The position numbers and the translations under genes are program-made. This document shows positions 9,565 to 18,857 of a DNA stretch of 64,000 nt, in pieces (within the stretch, counting starts at the first letter, position 1; each line of letters opens with the position of its first letter). The notes beneath the pieces were generated by a model that saw nothing but the letters and a program-made list of their open reading frames with translations, ran no database searches and was not told the origin of the DNA. The DNA is taken from NCBI GenBank assembly GCA_032128875.1, contig JAVLKG010000001.1, positions 640,001 to 704,000 on the forward strand, read 5' to 3'. The DNA is from Candidatus Melainabacteria bacterium 17Bon1m. Its GTDB lineage: Bacteria > Cyanobacteriota > Vampirovibrionia > Obscuribacterales > Obscuribacteraceae.

Positions 9565-10665
9565 CTAAGCGGCAATTTCTAGCGGAACAACCTTGGTATC
9601 CAATGGTTTGCTGTTTTGTTCTTCGATAAAGGTGAGAAACGCTACCAGCGTCATCTCTTTCTTAGACAGTCCGGTACGATGCCTGACTGGAACATTCAAC
9701 CTGCTCATAATTGATGGCAATGTGCCGTCTTCAGCGGCGGAGAGGATGGCTGAGTGAATGTAACTCTTCCTGCAAACGGCAGGTGTGTTTCCTAAGGCTT
9801 GCGAGGCAGCTTTGACAGCGGCGCTTATGAAGCGTTTTGTTGCCGTCTTACTGAGATCTTCCGGCATCTCGCAGAGTTCAGAAAGTGCAACTACACTACC
9901 TTTCCAGGTCCTGAAGTCTTTGGCTGTAATAGATTCTCTGGCAACTTCTAAGAGATAAGAATTGACGTCTGATGAAGTAATTGCGACATACTCGTCATTG
10001 GCATTCTGATATGAGAAAAGAAACTCTCCATCGCTCTTTTCACAGTCTTCTATAACCGCAGCCAGTGCTTCGTCACTGCAATTCATCTCGATTTGCTTGC
10101 CTGATTTGCCTCTGAAATTGAAACGAATATTGCTGTCGGAACGCTCGACATGTTCTGAAGATAGAGTTGTAGCTCCTCTCGAATCGTTTGCGTGCAAATA
10201 CTGTTTGTTTCCTACTCTCAAGCAGGCTTTGTCGAGCAAGCGCACAACGGCGGCAACGACACGTCTCTTGTTGAGTTCGTCAATCTTCAGATCTCCCTGG
10301 ACATTTCTGCGAATTGTCGGGAGCAAACGGGCAAACTGCCGCAGGCGTCCGTATTTATGCGCTGCGCTCGCCTCGTGCCACTTTGGATGATAAATGTATT
10401 GCTTTCTGCCGGCATCATCAATGCCAGTTGCTTGAATGTGTCCGTCGCTATGAATACAGATCCATACATTTTTCCAAGCCGGCGGAATCACTAGACTGAC
10501 GAGCCTTTCGCGGGTTTCCTTGCAGGCAATTGTTCGCCCTGCATCGTCTATGTACTTGAAGCCCTTACCGTTTTTTTTGCGAGTGTAGCCTGTTCTGAAA
10601 TCCTGTATATATTTGAGTCCTGCGCTCTGCGCGCGTGCATGCCAATCATTCATATCGTTTGTCAC
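9565..10665 (-). CDS. DNA topoisomerase IB (bacterial, poxvirus-like)
   Basis: IPPAWKNVWI, GRKQYIYH, LRVGN, FRGKSGK, AKDFRTW, and LGNTPAVCRKSYIH (catalytic Tyr). Confidence 0.93.
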   Translation of the reverse strand: MTNDMNDWHARAQSAGLKYIQDFRTGYTRKKNGKGFKYIDDAGRTIACKETRERLVSLVIPPAWKNVWICIHSDGHIQATGIDDAGRKQYIYHPKWHEASAAHKYGRLRQFARLLPTIRRNVQGDLKIDELNKRRVVAAVVRLLDKACLRVGNKQYLHANDSRGATTLSSEHVERSDSNIRFNFRGKSGKQIEMNCSDEALAAVIEDCEKSDGEFLFSYQNANDEYVAITSSDVNSYLLEVARESITAKDFRTWKGSVVALSELCEMPEDLSKTATKRFISAAVKAASQALGNTPAVCRKSYIHSAILSAAEDGTLPSIMSRLNVPVRHRTGLSKKEMTLVAFLTFIEEQNSKPLDTKVVPLEIAA

Positions 10666-10796
10666 TTATATTTTTCAACGTAGTCTCAAGAGCGCATTAA
10701 GCGCCGGAAAGTTCCAAGCACAAGCGACTACAAAGGTGCAGTCACGTTAACTTTCCACGTCTGCTGTCGAAATTCGACGCCGAATTGGCGGCAAAG

Positions 10797-11576
10797 CTAT
10801 TTGTCTAGAATCATTTCTTCAAGCATGTTTACGGCTTGCTCGGTCTTTTTCTTGCGCTGAGTTACTTCGTTGAGTGATTTGACTATTTTGAAGTTGGAGG
10901 GATATGAAAATTCCGAGACCGGCACGGACACTTCCATAAATGACATTGTGTCGAGGGTGGTGTCCACTCTTTTGTTTGGATAGTTTCGTGTTCTTTTGAG
11001 CAGCAATCCTGTTTCATTTGGCATTCCGTAGATGCCCCGCAGGAAATTCTGAACTGGAGGATCGAACTTCATAAACCTGCTCAGCAAAAACTCTTCAGAC
11101 TTGAACTCAGCAGATCGGCTCGGGCTTTCTCTGTAAATCATTTCGACTTGTTCTTTCACTGGGTCTGAGCTAGTAACGGTTGGCAGTACTAATTCTGCCG
11201 CCTTGCCGCGCCACAATGACGGTACACGCGATTTCTCTTTTGCCTTTTGCTTGTCCACCAGCCTGAAAGCCCGGAATCGCCAGTCGTCGTTGCTGAATAC
11301 CATGCCGATTTTTTCTTTTTCATTGGCGACTTTAATATCCCATTTTGGTGGCAGACCTACACAAACGACGTGTTGTACCGGGCACAGCATTTTGACCCCC
11401 GCCTTGCTCAAATAAAGAGTAATATTGCCCTCTAATTGGCTGGTCTGTTGTACTTTCCACACCTTGATGTTCTTCTGCAAATGCTGTGCGGCCTGCATCG
11501 GAGGCGCGACGCATATAAATGCAGTTGCCGTACCTATAAGAATTGATTGATGTTGATAGAACTTGTGGCGCCGCAA
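10797..11576 (-). CDS. Hypothetical secreted protein
   Basis: 259-aa ORF with N-terminal hydrophobic segment ending AxA; no family recognised. Confidence 0.65.
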   Translation of the reverse strand: MRRHKFYQHQSILIGTATAFICVAPPMQAAQHLQKNIKVWKVQQTSQLEGNITLYLSKAGVKMLCPVQHVVCVGLPPKWDIKVANEKEKIGMVFSNDDWRFRAFRLVDKQKAKEKSRVPSLWRGKAAELVLPTVTSSDPVKEQVEMIYRESPSRSAEFKSEEFLLSRFMKFDPPVQNFLRGIYGMPNETGLLLKRTRNYPNKRVDTTLDTMSFMEVSVPVSEFSYPSNFKIVKSLNEVTQRKKKTEQAVNMLEEMILDK

Positions 11577-11699
11577 CAGATTCGCTCCTTGGGTCGACCA
11601 TCTTTATTATCCCCCAAAAACACAATTTGGCGAGTCGTCAGCATGTTAGGATCGTTTGCCTGAATAGATGCGAAAAATGTAAAAGGGGGCTCGGAGCCA

Positions 11700-12308
11700 A
11701 TGAGTACCGAAATCAGTTGGGAAGACCATTACAAAAACGCGACCGATCGGTTGCCTTGGGACATCGGTACGCCTGCCCCAGAGCTTCAGAATGCCTTCAA
11801 AGAGTTGAAATTGCAGGGTAAACCGGTTTTAGAGATCGGCTGCGGAACTGGCACAAACGCAATCTGGATGGCTCAACAGAACTGCAAGGTGGTGGCAACA
11901 GATATTTCGCCAACTGCAATCGAACAAGCTAAAGCTAAAACCAACGAAGCAAAAGCAGATGTTGAGTACGTTTTGGCAGATATTTGCGAGTCACCAGCAG
12001 TGAAAGACGGCGCTGTTGATTTTGTTTTTGACAGAGGCGTTTATCACGTGATGTCACCGGAGAAGCGCTCGGTTTTTGCCAAGCGCGTAGCAGACTCGCT
12101 GAGCAGTGGTGGATACTGGCTGTGTCTGGCTGGTTCGAAGGATGAAGTGCGGGAGAACCCTGAAGTCGGTCCGCCTCAACTTTCTGCTGTTGAAGTTATC
12201 GAGCCCATGGAAGAATTTTTCGAAATTCACAAGCTCGATCGTGCTCATTTCTACCTTCCTAATGGCACCAAGCACGTCGCCTGGCTCGTACTCGTCAAGA
12301 AAAGATAG
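11700..12308 (+). CDS. Class I SAM-dependent methyltransferase (thiopurine/halide MT-like)
   Basis: LPWDIGTP, VLEIGCGTG motif I, DFVFDRGVYH. Confidence 0.88.
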   Translation: MSTEISWEDHYKNATDRLPWDIGTPAPELQNAFKELKLQGKPVLEIGCGTGTNAIWMAQQNCKVVATDISPTAIEQAKAKTNEAKADVEYVLADICESPAVKDGAVDFVFDRGVYHVMSPEKRSVFAKRVADSLSSGGYWLCLAGSKDEVRENPEVGPPQLSAVEVIEPMEEFFEIHKLDRAHFYLPNGTKHVAWLVLVKKR

Positions 12309-12509
12309 AGCCGTCAGACTGTAATCACGTTAAGGGACTAAAAACGTATCCCGGGGTATTGCTGTCTTGTCCCGCGGGAAAGCCGGACAGGATGTCTGTC
12401 AACGCTTGTTGGAACAGTCTTTTGGGAATTACACAAAGCTGCCACAAAGTTATGGTCAAATCTACCATGCCATCCGTGGCACCCCTTACTAGCACACCAG
12501 GTTACGTTT

Positions 12510-13286
12510 ATGAAAAACAGGCACTTCCTCGCCTTTGCAGTGGCATCGCTGGTAGCTCTTTGCTCTAATACATTGGTTTTTGCAGCTGAAGTAGGCTCTG
12601 TTGAGACCACACCGCTTGAAGTTCAATACACATCAGCCAGCGAAGAATTGACCACGCAGTTAAAACAGCTTGCATCGCTCGGAGGCGGCATTACGCCTTT
12701 CGTGAACCGCCAGAAGCAAATCGACCAAGTCTTTGCTGATGGTGACCATGAAAGTGCTGTGAATGACCTGGTTCATTTGAATAAGAGCGTTAAAGAACAG
12801 TTGTCCAACTTGAAAGAGTTGAGGACAGCGAAGAAAGCTGCCGCTGCGACCAGAGTCGCGTCTGTCAAAACTAGCGTTCGCTCGAGCTCTTTGGCTGTTT
12901 CACCAGCCAGCATGTCTCAATTGAATATGCTGATGGTCAACCAAGTCGGTGCTGGAAACTACTCGAATTATGCAGGTGATGCTGATGGTTACGCCAAAAC
13001 CGTCGCCAACGACATCCTTTCCAGAGAGCTTGGGAATCTCGGAATCCCGTGCAAAGGTCCCTTTCGTGTTGAGAGATTCCGCAACCTGCAGCGCATAAAT
13101 GAATTGCGCCAAAAAGGTCAAAAAATTGATGGTTATCTCGATTACCACAGACGAACTGAAGAACTGGCTTCTCTTGCGAGAAACGATTCATCAAGACTGG
13201 GTCAGTTGAGCAGTGAAGTTCGTTATTTAGAACAGCAACTTGGTCTGTCACCACTTACTGGTTCGCGTAAGATCGCTACTTACTAG
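12510..13286 (+). CDS. Secreted helical hypothetical protein with two related internal segments
   Basis: Signal peptide; LASLGGGITPF... resembles LRQKGQKIDGY... Confidence 0.7.
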   Translation: MKNRHFLAFAVASLVALCSNTLVFAAEVGSVETTPLEVQYTSASEELTTQLKQLASLGGGITPFVNRQKQIDQVFADGDHESAVNDLVHLNKSVKEQLSNLKELRTAKKAAAATRVASVKTSVRSSSLAVSPASMSQLNMLMVNQVGAGNYSNYAGDADGYAKTVANDILSRELGNLGIPCKGPFRVERFRNLQRINELRQKGQKIDGYLDYHRRTEELASLARNDSSRLGQLSSEVRYLEQQLGLSPLTGSRKIATY

Positions 13287-13288
13287 TC

Positions 13289-14668
13289 ATGTCCTTCTGC
13301 GATACATCTCTACAATTAGAAGCAACCGACAAAATGCTCGCTCAAGCTGCTGAGTTGGCTTCACGCGGGCGTCATGTTGAAGCGGAAAGACTGTATCAGG
13401 AGAGTCTAAAAAATATTGTTGGTTTGTATGGTGCCAGAACCCTTAAAGCTTGCTCTTGCCTTTTGGAGCTTTCGGACATTTATTATCACAACGAACAGTA
13501 CGCAGAGGTCATAACCCTTTTAGAGCAGGTTCTTGTCACCAGTCAGAGCGAAGAGATATTTGCTGACGAAAAACTTCTTTCAATCAAATTTAAGTTGGCC
13601 AGAGCACTGGAGAAAACCGGCAATCTGAAACAAGCGGGACAGTGCTATTCAGAGGTTCTGAGCGAAGCAACTGTAGTCTGCGGTCCAACGTCAACATTCA
13701 CCAGAACTGTTGTCGAATGTGTGAGATTGCTTGCCAAAAGAACCGCTCAAACATCAAGTACTGAGACAACCTCAGAGCCGCAGGATTCCTCGAAACATCG
13801 ATTTGTACGCGAAGTCCCGAGAAATCGCGCATATAATTCTGAAATCGATTCGCCTCCGCAATTGCTTCGTCGAAATCTGCGCGCAATCATCACAATTCCG
13901 ACTGCCTGCATTCTTGTTCTCTGGCTGTTCTTCTCCGGTGTGCTCGAAGATAAAAGTGGTCGGACAGACAAAGAAAGGGAAACTGGTGCGAGCGCGACAG
14001 CCGCGCTGAACCCCACATCTTTAGCGGAGTTTGCTGGTCATTATAGTTCTACGGATGGTATCAAACAATTTGAATTGCAAGACGGTGGCAAAGGTCTTTT
14101 GGTCCTTGGTCCTGATGCGGAAGAAGTGAAGGTTTCGAAGCTGTCTGGTGAGCTCTATGCTGAAACCGAAGGTTTGAGGGTGGTTTTTAGGCCAACCGGT
14201 AATTCTCTAGTTGACGAGCAGGGGGTAAAACTATTTAAGCGCGGAACGCCAGAACTCGGAGTCGTCGCTGCTGCACGCAAATTGGCTGATGATTTCAATC
14301 GTTATTATGCTCGCTACGGGAAGTATCCTCGCTCTCAAATGAGCCTTCAAAGTGCTGGCATCTCGTACAGTAATGCTCTTACCCTCAGACCGACGCATCC
14401 CAAGTTGATGGCAGTAAGCTCGGACAATGCCGGTTCTTCAATGACTCTTGCGGATTATCAAAACGCCAACTGGATGGCCACTAACCTGCTGTCGATGAAT
14501 GGTGCAATGGGCGAGCCCGGTGGAATTGAAGTGCATGTATTTCCTGTCTCCAGTGTGGGGGAGACGGTGTACATCAGAGGCTTTGATAGAGATGGACATC
14601 TTCTGCCGAGCAGCACTGTCGGCAAATGCTTCACTGTAGTGCTTGTGGCCGGCACCGTGAGCAAATAG
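13289..14668 (+). CDS. TPR-containing single-pass membrane protein
   Basis: N-terminal TPR-like helices (AERLYQESL...), TM segment AIITIPTACILVLWLFFSGV, and a C-terminal domain after the TM. Confidence 0.75.
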   Translation: MSFCDTSLQLEATDKMLAQAAELASRGRHVEAERLYQESLKNIVGLYGARTLKACSCLLELSDIYYHNEQYAEVITLLEQVLVTSQSEEIFADEKLLSIKFKLARALEKTGNLKQAGQCYSEVLSEATVVCGPTSTFTRTVVECVRLLAKRTAQTSSTETTSEPQDSSKHRFVREVPRNRAYNSEIDSPPQLLRRNLRAIITIPTACILVLWLFFSGVLEDKSGRTDKERETGASATAALNPTSLAEFAGHYSSTDGIKQFELQDGGKGLLVLGPDAEEVKVSKLSGELYAETEGLRVVFRPTGNSLVDEQGVKLFKRGTPELGVVAAARKLADDFNRYYARYGKYPRSQMSLQSAGISYSNALTLRPTHPKLMAVSSDNAGSSMTLADYQNANWMATNLLSMNGAMGEPGGIEVHVFPVSSVGETVYIRGFDRDGHLLPSSTVGKCFTVVLVAGTVSK

Positions 14669-14676
14669 CGCCAAAT

Positions 14677-14708
14677 AAAAGAGGGAGCCGCGTACGGCTC
14701 CCTTCTCT
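14677..14708. terminator. Probable bidirectional intrinsic terminator
   Basis: AGGGAGCCG-cgta-CGGCTCCCT stem with an A-tract on the left, between convergent genes. Confidence 0.7.
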
Positions 14709-14837
14709 GATCGCATTTGTAAGCGCCTGTCCCGCGATCTATAAAATCTCTGCACGACCTCCCTATTTGGCAATGGCTTCCCGGGATTCGAGACGCTTGC
14801 TAGCTTATTGCACATGCTTACGTGCCATCCAAAATGC

Positions 14838-15206
14838 TTATTTTGCAACCGTTGCGATTTCCCACGAGAGGTTGTTGGCCGCGTGTGCGTCCAGTATCGA
14901 TTCAATTTGATCGAGCTTGCGCATTATTGGTGCATTGCTGCGTACCGAGCTGTCGATAGCGAAGTATTCGTTTTCTGCGCGAGCACCATCGAGGTCGCGC
15001 TGTAGTTGTGCCATTTCATAACCGTTTATCAAGCCAGCGTTAAACGCGCATTGAATTTCCCTCGATATTTGCGACTCTCTTTGGTTGACTGGACCACGCA
15101 TATGATGCGCAGTGAACGGAGTATCAGCAAACGCTGCCGGCATCGATAGGAATGTTAGTACTACAAGTGGTGCAATTATTTCTGGCTTGATGTTCGAGAG
15201 CTTCAT
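14838..15206 (-). CDS. Small secreted protein containing one copy of the ~80-aa helical repeat
   Basis: Signal peptide ending AFA; NQRESQISREIQCAFNAGLINGYE resembles the repeat unit of 43107..45944; GGAGG RBS. Confidence 0.7.
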   Translation of the reverse strand: MKLSNIKPEIIAPLVVLTFLSMPAAFADTPFTAHHMRGPVNQRESQISREIQCAFNAGLINGYEMAQLQRDLDGARAENEYFAIDSSVRSNAPIMRKLDQIESILDAHAANNLSWEIATVAK

Positions 15207-15506
15207 GGTCGTATCCTCCTCAACCTATTTTTTTCTTGGCGACCTATCTGTTTCCTTGAGCACGTTCGCTTCAGTGCTTACATTGCCAACATAGGCGCGA
15301 TTTGTGAGGGACCTGTGAATACAGAGTCTCTTAAGGTTTCAGGGTTTTTCAGGATTTTTCAGGATTAGGCGGGCTTGGGTGGTGTAAAAGGGGTTTTTCA
15401 TTCCTGCGCAGTAGCCCGAACGGGTGTTTTCAGACATTTGGGCCCCTTGCTAGGATGAATTTGGGGCGGTTCGACTAGTGAGTTGCGAACCGCGTGTGGG
15501 GGGATT

Positions 15507-16262
15507 ATGTCCAACTTTCGTGCGCTTACATTTTCTTTGGTCATTTTATCTGTATCTTTCATATCAACTTCAGGGCCAGCGGCGGCCGCCGGTGTAGCTA
15601 CCAGCGCAGATGTAAAACCCGCTGCGTTGCTCAAAAAATCTTACGATCAGATGGTAGACGGTGAGTTTCGTGATGCCGTCGACACTCAGGTGTTGGCTGT
15701 CAAAGCTGACAAGAACAGCGTCGATGCTCGGCGCTATCTGAGTTATTCTCTGCTGAAAATTGGTGCTTCTGAAGAAGCTATTGAACAGTTGAATAACTTA
15801 TTGTCTATGACCAAACCTACAACAATCGATATGTTGATGTGCGGTGAGGCCTGCCTGCAGTCCGGCCGCTTGAAGCAAGCAGAACGATGGTTCAAAGAGG
15901 CATTATCTAAAGATCCGCAGCTTGCCTGTGCAAAAACCGGATTAGCAAATGTTGCCGCAGCGAAAACGAAATTGGTTTCGCCTGCTAAGGGAGCACCACA
16001 GTCCGAGGAATTGGTCGCAGAAGCGCCCAAAACTACCTTTGAGCTTGGTCAAGTCAGACCTGAAGATGGGGTGATTGCTTATACAGTGCGAACTTCAGGC
16101 GATCAAGACACGCAGTCCTACGCCAGTGAAACAGCACGCCAATTGCGTAATTCATCAGCGAACCAGCGGGTCGCTAGCGTGCAGCCGTCAGGCAATGGTG
16201 CTACCGGCAATAATCAAGTCGTGAATGCGTGGGCGAATTACAAAGGAATTCAAAGGCACTAG
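15507..16262 (+). CDS. Secreted TPR protein
   Basis: Signal peptide; TPR-like ARRYLSYSLLKIG and AERWFKEALSKDP. Confidence 0.75.
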   Translation: MSNFRALTFSLVILSVSFISTSGPAAAAGVATSADVKPAALLKKSYDQMVDGEFRDAVDTQVLAVKADKNSVDARRYLSYSLLKIGASEEAIEQLNNLLSMTKPTTIDMLMCGEACLQSGRLKQAERWFKEALSKDPQLACAKTGLANVAAAKTKLVSPAKGAPQSEELVAEAPKTTFELGQVRPEDGVIAYTVRTSGDQDTQSYASETARQLRNSSANQRVASVQPSGNGATGNNQVVNAWANYKGIQRH

Positions 16263-16287
16263 AAAAAGTTTCGACAAGCCAAAGCTG

Positions 16288-16331
16288 AAGCAGTTGCAAT
16301 CGCAGATTCTCTGTTGGTGCAACTGCTTTTT
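16288..16331 (+). terminator. Probable intrinsic terminator
   Basis: 11-bp stem AAGCAGTTGCA/TGCAACTGCTT followed by Ts. Confidence 0.55.
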
Positions 16332-16538
16332 GCTTTAACGCTTCGTGTCGCTCAACGACAGTGAAGAAGCGCATCTTGAAATGAACTCTTTACGATATTG
16401 TCACCCCGTCAGGTGATTCATACTTCAGAATCGTTTGGTAGGCTTGGATTATCAAATTTTGTGAGGGGAAGTCCTGAAGCCATGCTTTCGGTTTAGACCG
16501 GTACGCACGGTGACGGGTTTAGAGGGGAGATTGGCTCT

Positions 16539-17123
16539 ATGAAGAGTCATCGTTTTGGCATGCCGATAGGCCGGTCTTGCGTCAGCCACTTGGCTGAGCA
16601 AAAGACAAAGAAAATTTACTACTCAAGAAATAGAAATGGCGGTGCGATTGTAGAAGCCGGTGCATCTATGGCACTACTTCTGCCCGTACTGTTGATCTTG
16701 ATGTGGGCAATAACGCAGATAAGCCAGTATTTTGTGCTCAAACAACAGCTTTCCTTTGTGGCAAGACAAGCGGCTCGCGAGGTTTCCTACGCGTATGGCA
16801 CCCTCGGGTATACCAGTATGAACAGTGGTGGTGCGAGTTCCGGCGCAGCTAATACAGGTGATTCGAATTACTTGCAAATAGTGAATGCGATATCAGTGCC
16901 TGGTGTGATCAACGCGAATTCTAATTCGCAATTCAAGGTGTTTTTCAACATTCCTAATTCTCCGAGTTTGTCGCAAAGCTATGTGACGGCGACTGTTACT
17001 TATAAATCCAGCTCCAATCTACCTAAATTTCCGTGGAATCCATTGAACACCGGATTCTTGAAGTTTGACACAACTGGCATTGTCATAAATTCATCATGCT
17101 CGTGGCCAATACCGCATTCGTAA
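16539..17123 (+). CDS. TadE-like pseudopilin
   Basis: RNGG|AIVEAGASMALLLPVLL prepilin motif with Glu near +5, followed by ARQAAR. Confidence 0.8.
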   Translation: MKSHRFGMPIGRSCVSHLAEQKTKKIYYSRNRNGGAIVEAGASMALLLPVLLILMWAITQISQYFVLKQQLSFVARQAAREVSYAYGTLGYTSMNSGGASSGAANTGDSNYLQIVNAISVPGVINANSNSQFKVFFNIPNSPSLSQSYVTATVTYKSSSNLPKFPWNPLNTGFLKFDTTGIVINSSCSWPIPHS

Positions 17124-17155
17124 TTTCTGCGTGAGTAAACTGAGGAGTTATAACC

Positions 17156-17698
17156 GTGAGAAAGTTAAGACCGGTTCGCAGAAAGCAGAGATCTGCTAGA
17201 GGCGCTCAAATAGCCGAATTCGCTGCCGCGGCCGCATTGATTATTCCGCTTTTTATTGTCGTCGTTTATCTCACATACGAGATTGCCATGTACATGTATT
17301 TGAAGTCGGGAGTCGACATCGCGGCGAAAACCGAAGCTCGTTGGTTGGCTATCAACTTCAACTATTTTGTTCAGCAAAACGGCAACAGTGCTTCTAGTTA
17401 TGCGACCTGGAAGAATAGCGGTGTGCGGGTAGCAAATTGCGTCACAACAAATGCGCAATTTACCAATGGCACCATAGATAGTTCCGGTAATTTTGTTGAG
17501 ACCGCGCCTCCGGTTCTATCCGCTGGTGAATGCTTGTCTAGTGCTAGTGGGCAAGGCGTAGTTGCTGTGAAGGTTGTTTATCCAGGTACCAGTGGGCTGC
17601 CTGCCTGGCCATTTCCGCCTTTGAATTTCTTTGGAGCAAAATTGGCTCCAGCAAATATGACTATTGCAGGTGTCTACGTTGCTGACATTGAACCTTGA
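17156..17698 (+). CDS. TadE/TadF-like pseudopilin
   Basis: RSARG|AQIAEFAAAAALIIPLF followed by AAKTEAR. Confidence 0.8.
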   Translation: MRKLRPVRRKQRSARGAQIAEFAAAAALIIPLFIVVVYLTYEIAMYMYLKSGVDIAAKTEARWLAINFNYFVQQNGNSASSYATWKNSGVRVANCVTTNAQFTNGTIDSSGNFVETAPPVLSAGECLSSASGQGVVAVKVVYPGTSGLPAWPFPPLNFFGAKLAPANMTIAGVYVADIEP

Positions 17699-17720
17699 TT
17701 AAAGAGGCAGGGAAACGGTT

Positions 17721-18836
17721 ATGAATAAAGTTGCACGATACAGGTCAAGATCCATACGCTCTGCAAGAGGGGCTCTTGGTTCGCTGCTGTTCTTGTTTGG
17801 AATATTCATCACACTTCTCTTCGCAATTGTTGCTGTTGATATATCGCACTTTGTTTCGGCAAATGCCGAACTTCAGTGTGCGGCAGACGCAGCAGCGATG
17901 ATGGGCGCATATGATCTGCAATGGAATTCGACTGGTGCCAATCTGACAAGCGCGACTGCTGATGCTCGTTATATGGCTACAAAGTGTGTAGCCGATTACT
18001 ATGGGCCTTCTGGCATTTCTATTCCAACCGCAAGTGTCAACGTCAGCTTTTCATCATTAAACGGCGGGACAAACAACGCAATTACGGTCACGATGAATCC
18101 GCCCATTGTTTTTTTGTTTGCTCCATTCATTGGTAATTTCAACAGGCTTGTGGGAGTTTCTGCAACCGCGGAGAGACTACCTATCTCTACCGCACCGGCA
18201 CCGCCCTGGTATTTGGGAACAGATTTCCAGACAGGACCCGATCCTCAGAAGACTCCTTCAACTCTGCCCTCTCCTTCGCCGGCTCCACCGACAACTTTTC
18301 CTACCAATGGATACATAACTTTCGTCGATAGCTCAAAGTTGAAACAGCCGGGCGTTAAGAATGCCCCACCAATATTACCAACGTACTGGGTGGATATGGG
18401 TTTGAGCAATCTGTCTAACGCTAAAACTAACCCGCCCGGCGTCGCCAGTGTGATCAAATGCATGGGGCAATGCGTCACCAGCACCGCATGCAATACTACG
18501 AACCCAATCGTAATTGGTGGCTCGCATATTATCGCCAATCACGGATCTTACAACTCCAATGTTTCCAATCCTGATGGTAACTCCGCTGAATGGACTAATG
18601 GACAGAATGTGCTTTTGCCCGTGACCACCAACGACAACGTCGTGAGTGTATATGTGGTCAAACTCACAGGACCATATGTACCCAACAGTTATACCCACGG
18701 TCAGGGTGTATTCGGGGAGTTTGGAGTTCAGTTTGTTGGTTCTGCCGACAATATCCCGGGTGTGACAGTCATGAATCCTACTCAAGGCGCTGTGTACCAA
18801 AACGTCGGTGCAACTGTTGCAGCATTGGTGAAATAG
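17721..18836 (+). CDS. TadG-like pilus assembly/tip protein
   Basis: RSARG|A, TM segment, and VAVDISH...ELQCAADAAAMMGA Tad signature. Confidence 0.82.
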   Translation: MNKVARYRSRSIRSARGALGSLLFLFGIFITLLFAIVAVDISHFVSANAELQCAADAAAMMGAYDLQWNSTGANLTSATADARYMATKCVADYYGPSGISIPTASVNVSFSSLNGGTNNAITVTMNPPIVFLFAPFIGNFNRLVGVSATAERLPISTAPAPPWYLGTDFQTGPDPQKTPSTLPSPSPAPPTTFPTNGYITFVDSSKLKQPGVKNAPPILPTYWVDMGLSNLSNAKTNPPGVASVIKCMGQCVTSTACNTTNPIVIGGSHIIANHGSYNSNVSNPDGNSAEWTNGQNVLLPVTTNDNVVSVYVVKLTGPYVPNSYTHGQGVFGEFGVQFVGSADNIPGVTVMNPTQGAVYQNVGATVAALVK

Positions 18837-18857
18837 ACCGAAGGCAGAAGGTAGCCC

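Noticed and set aside
16460-16530. c-di-GMP-II riboswitch before the Tad cassette
   Set aside because: Only GGAAG..TGAA resembles the consensus; the remaining conserved elements and pseudoknot were not found.
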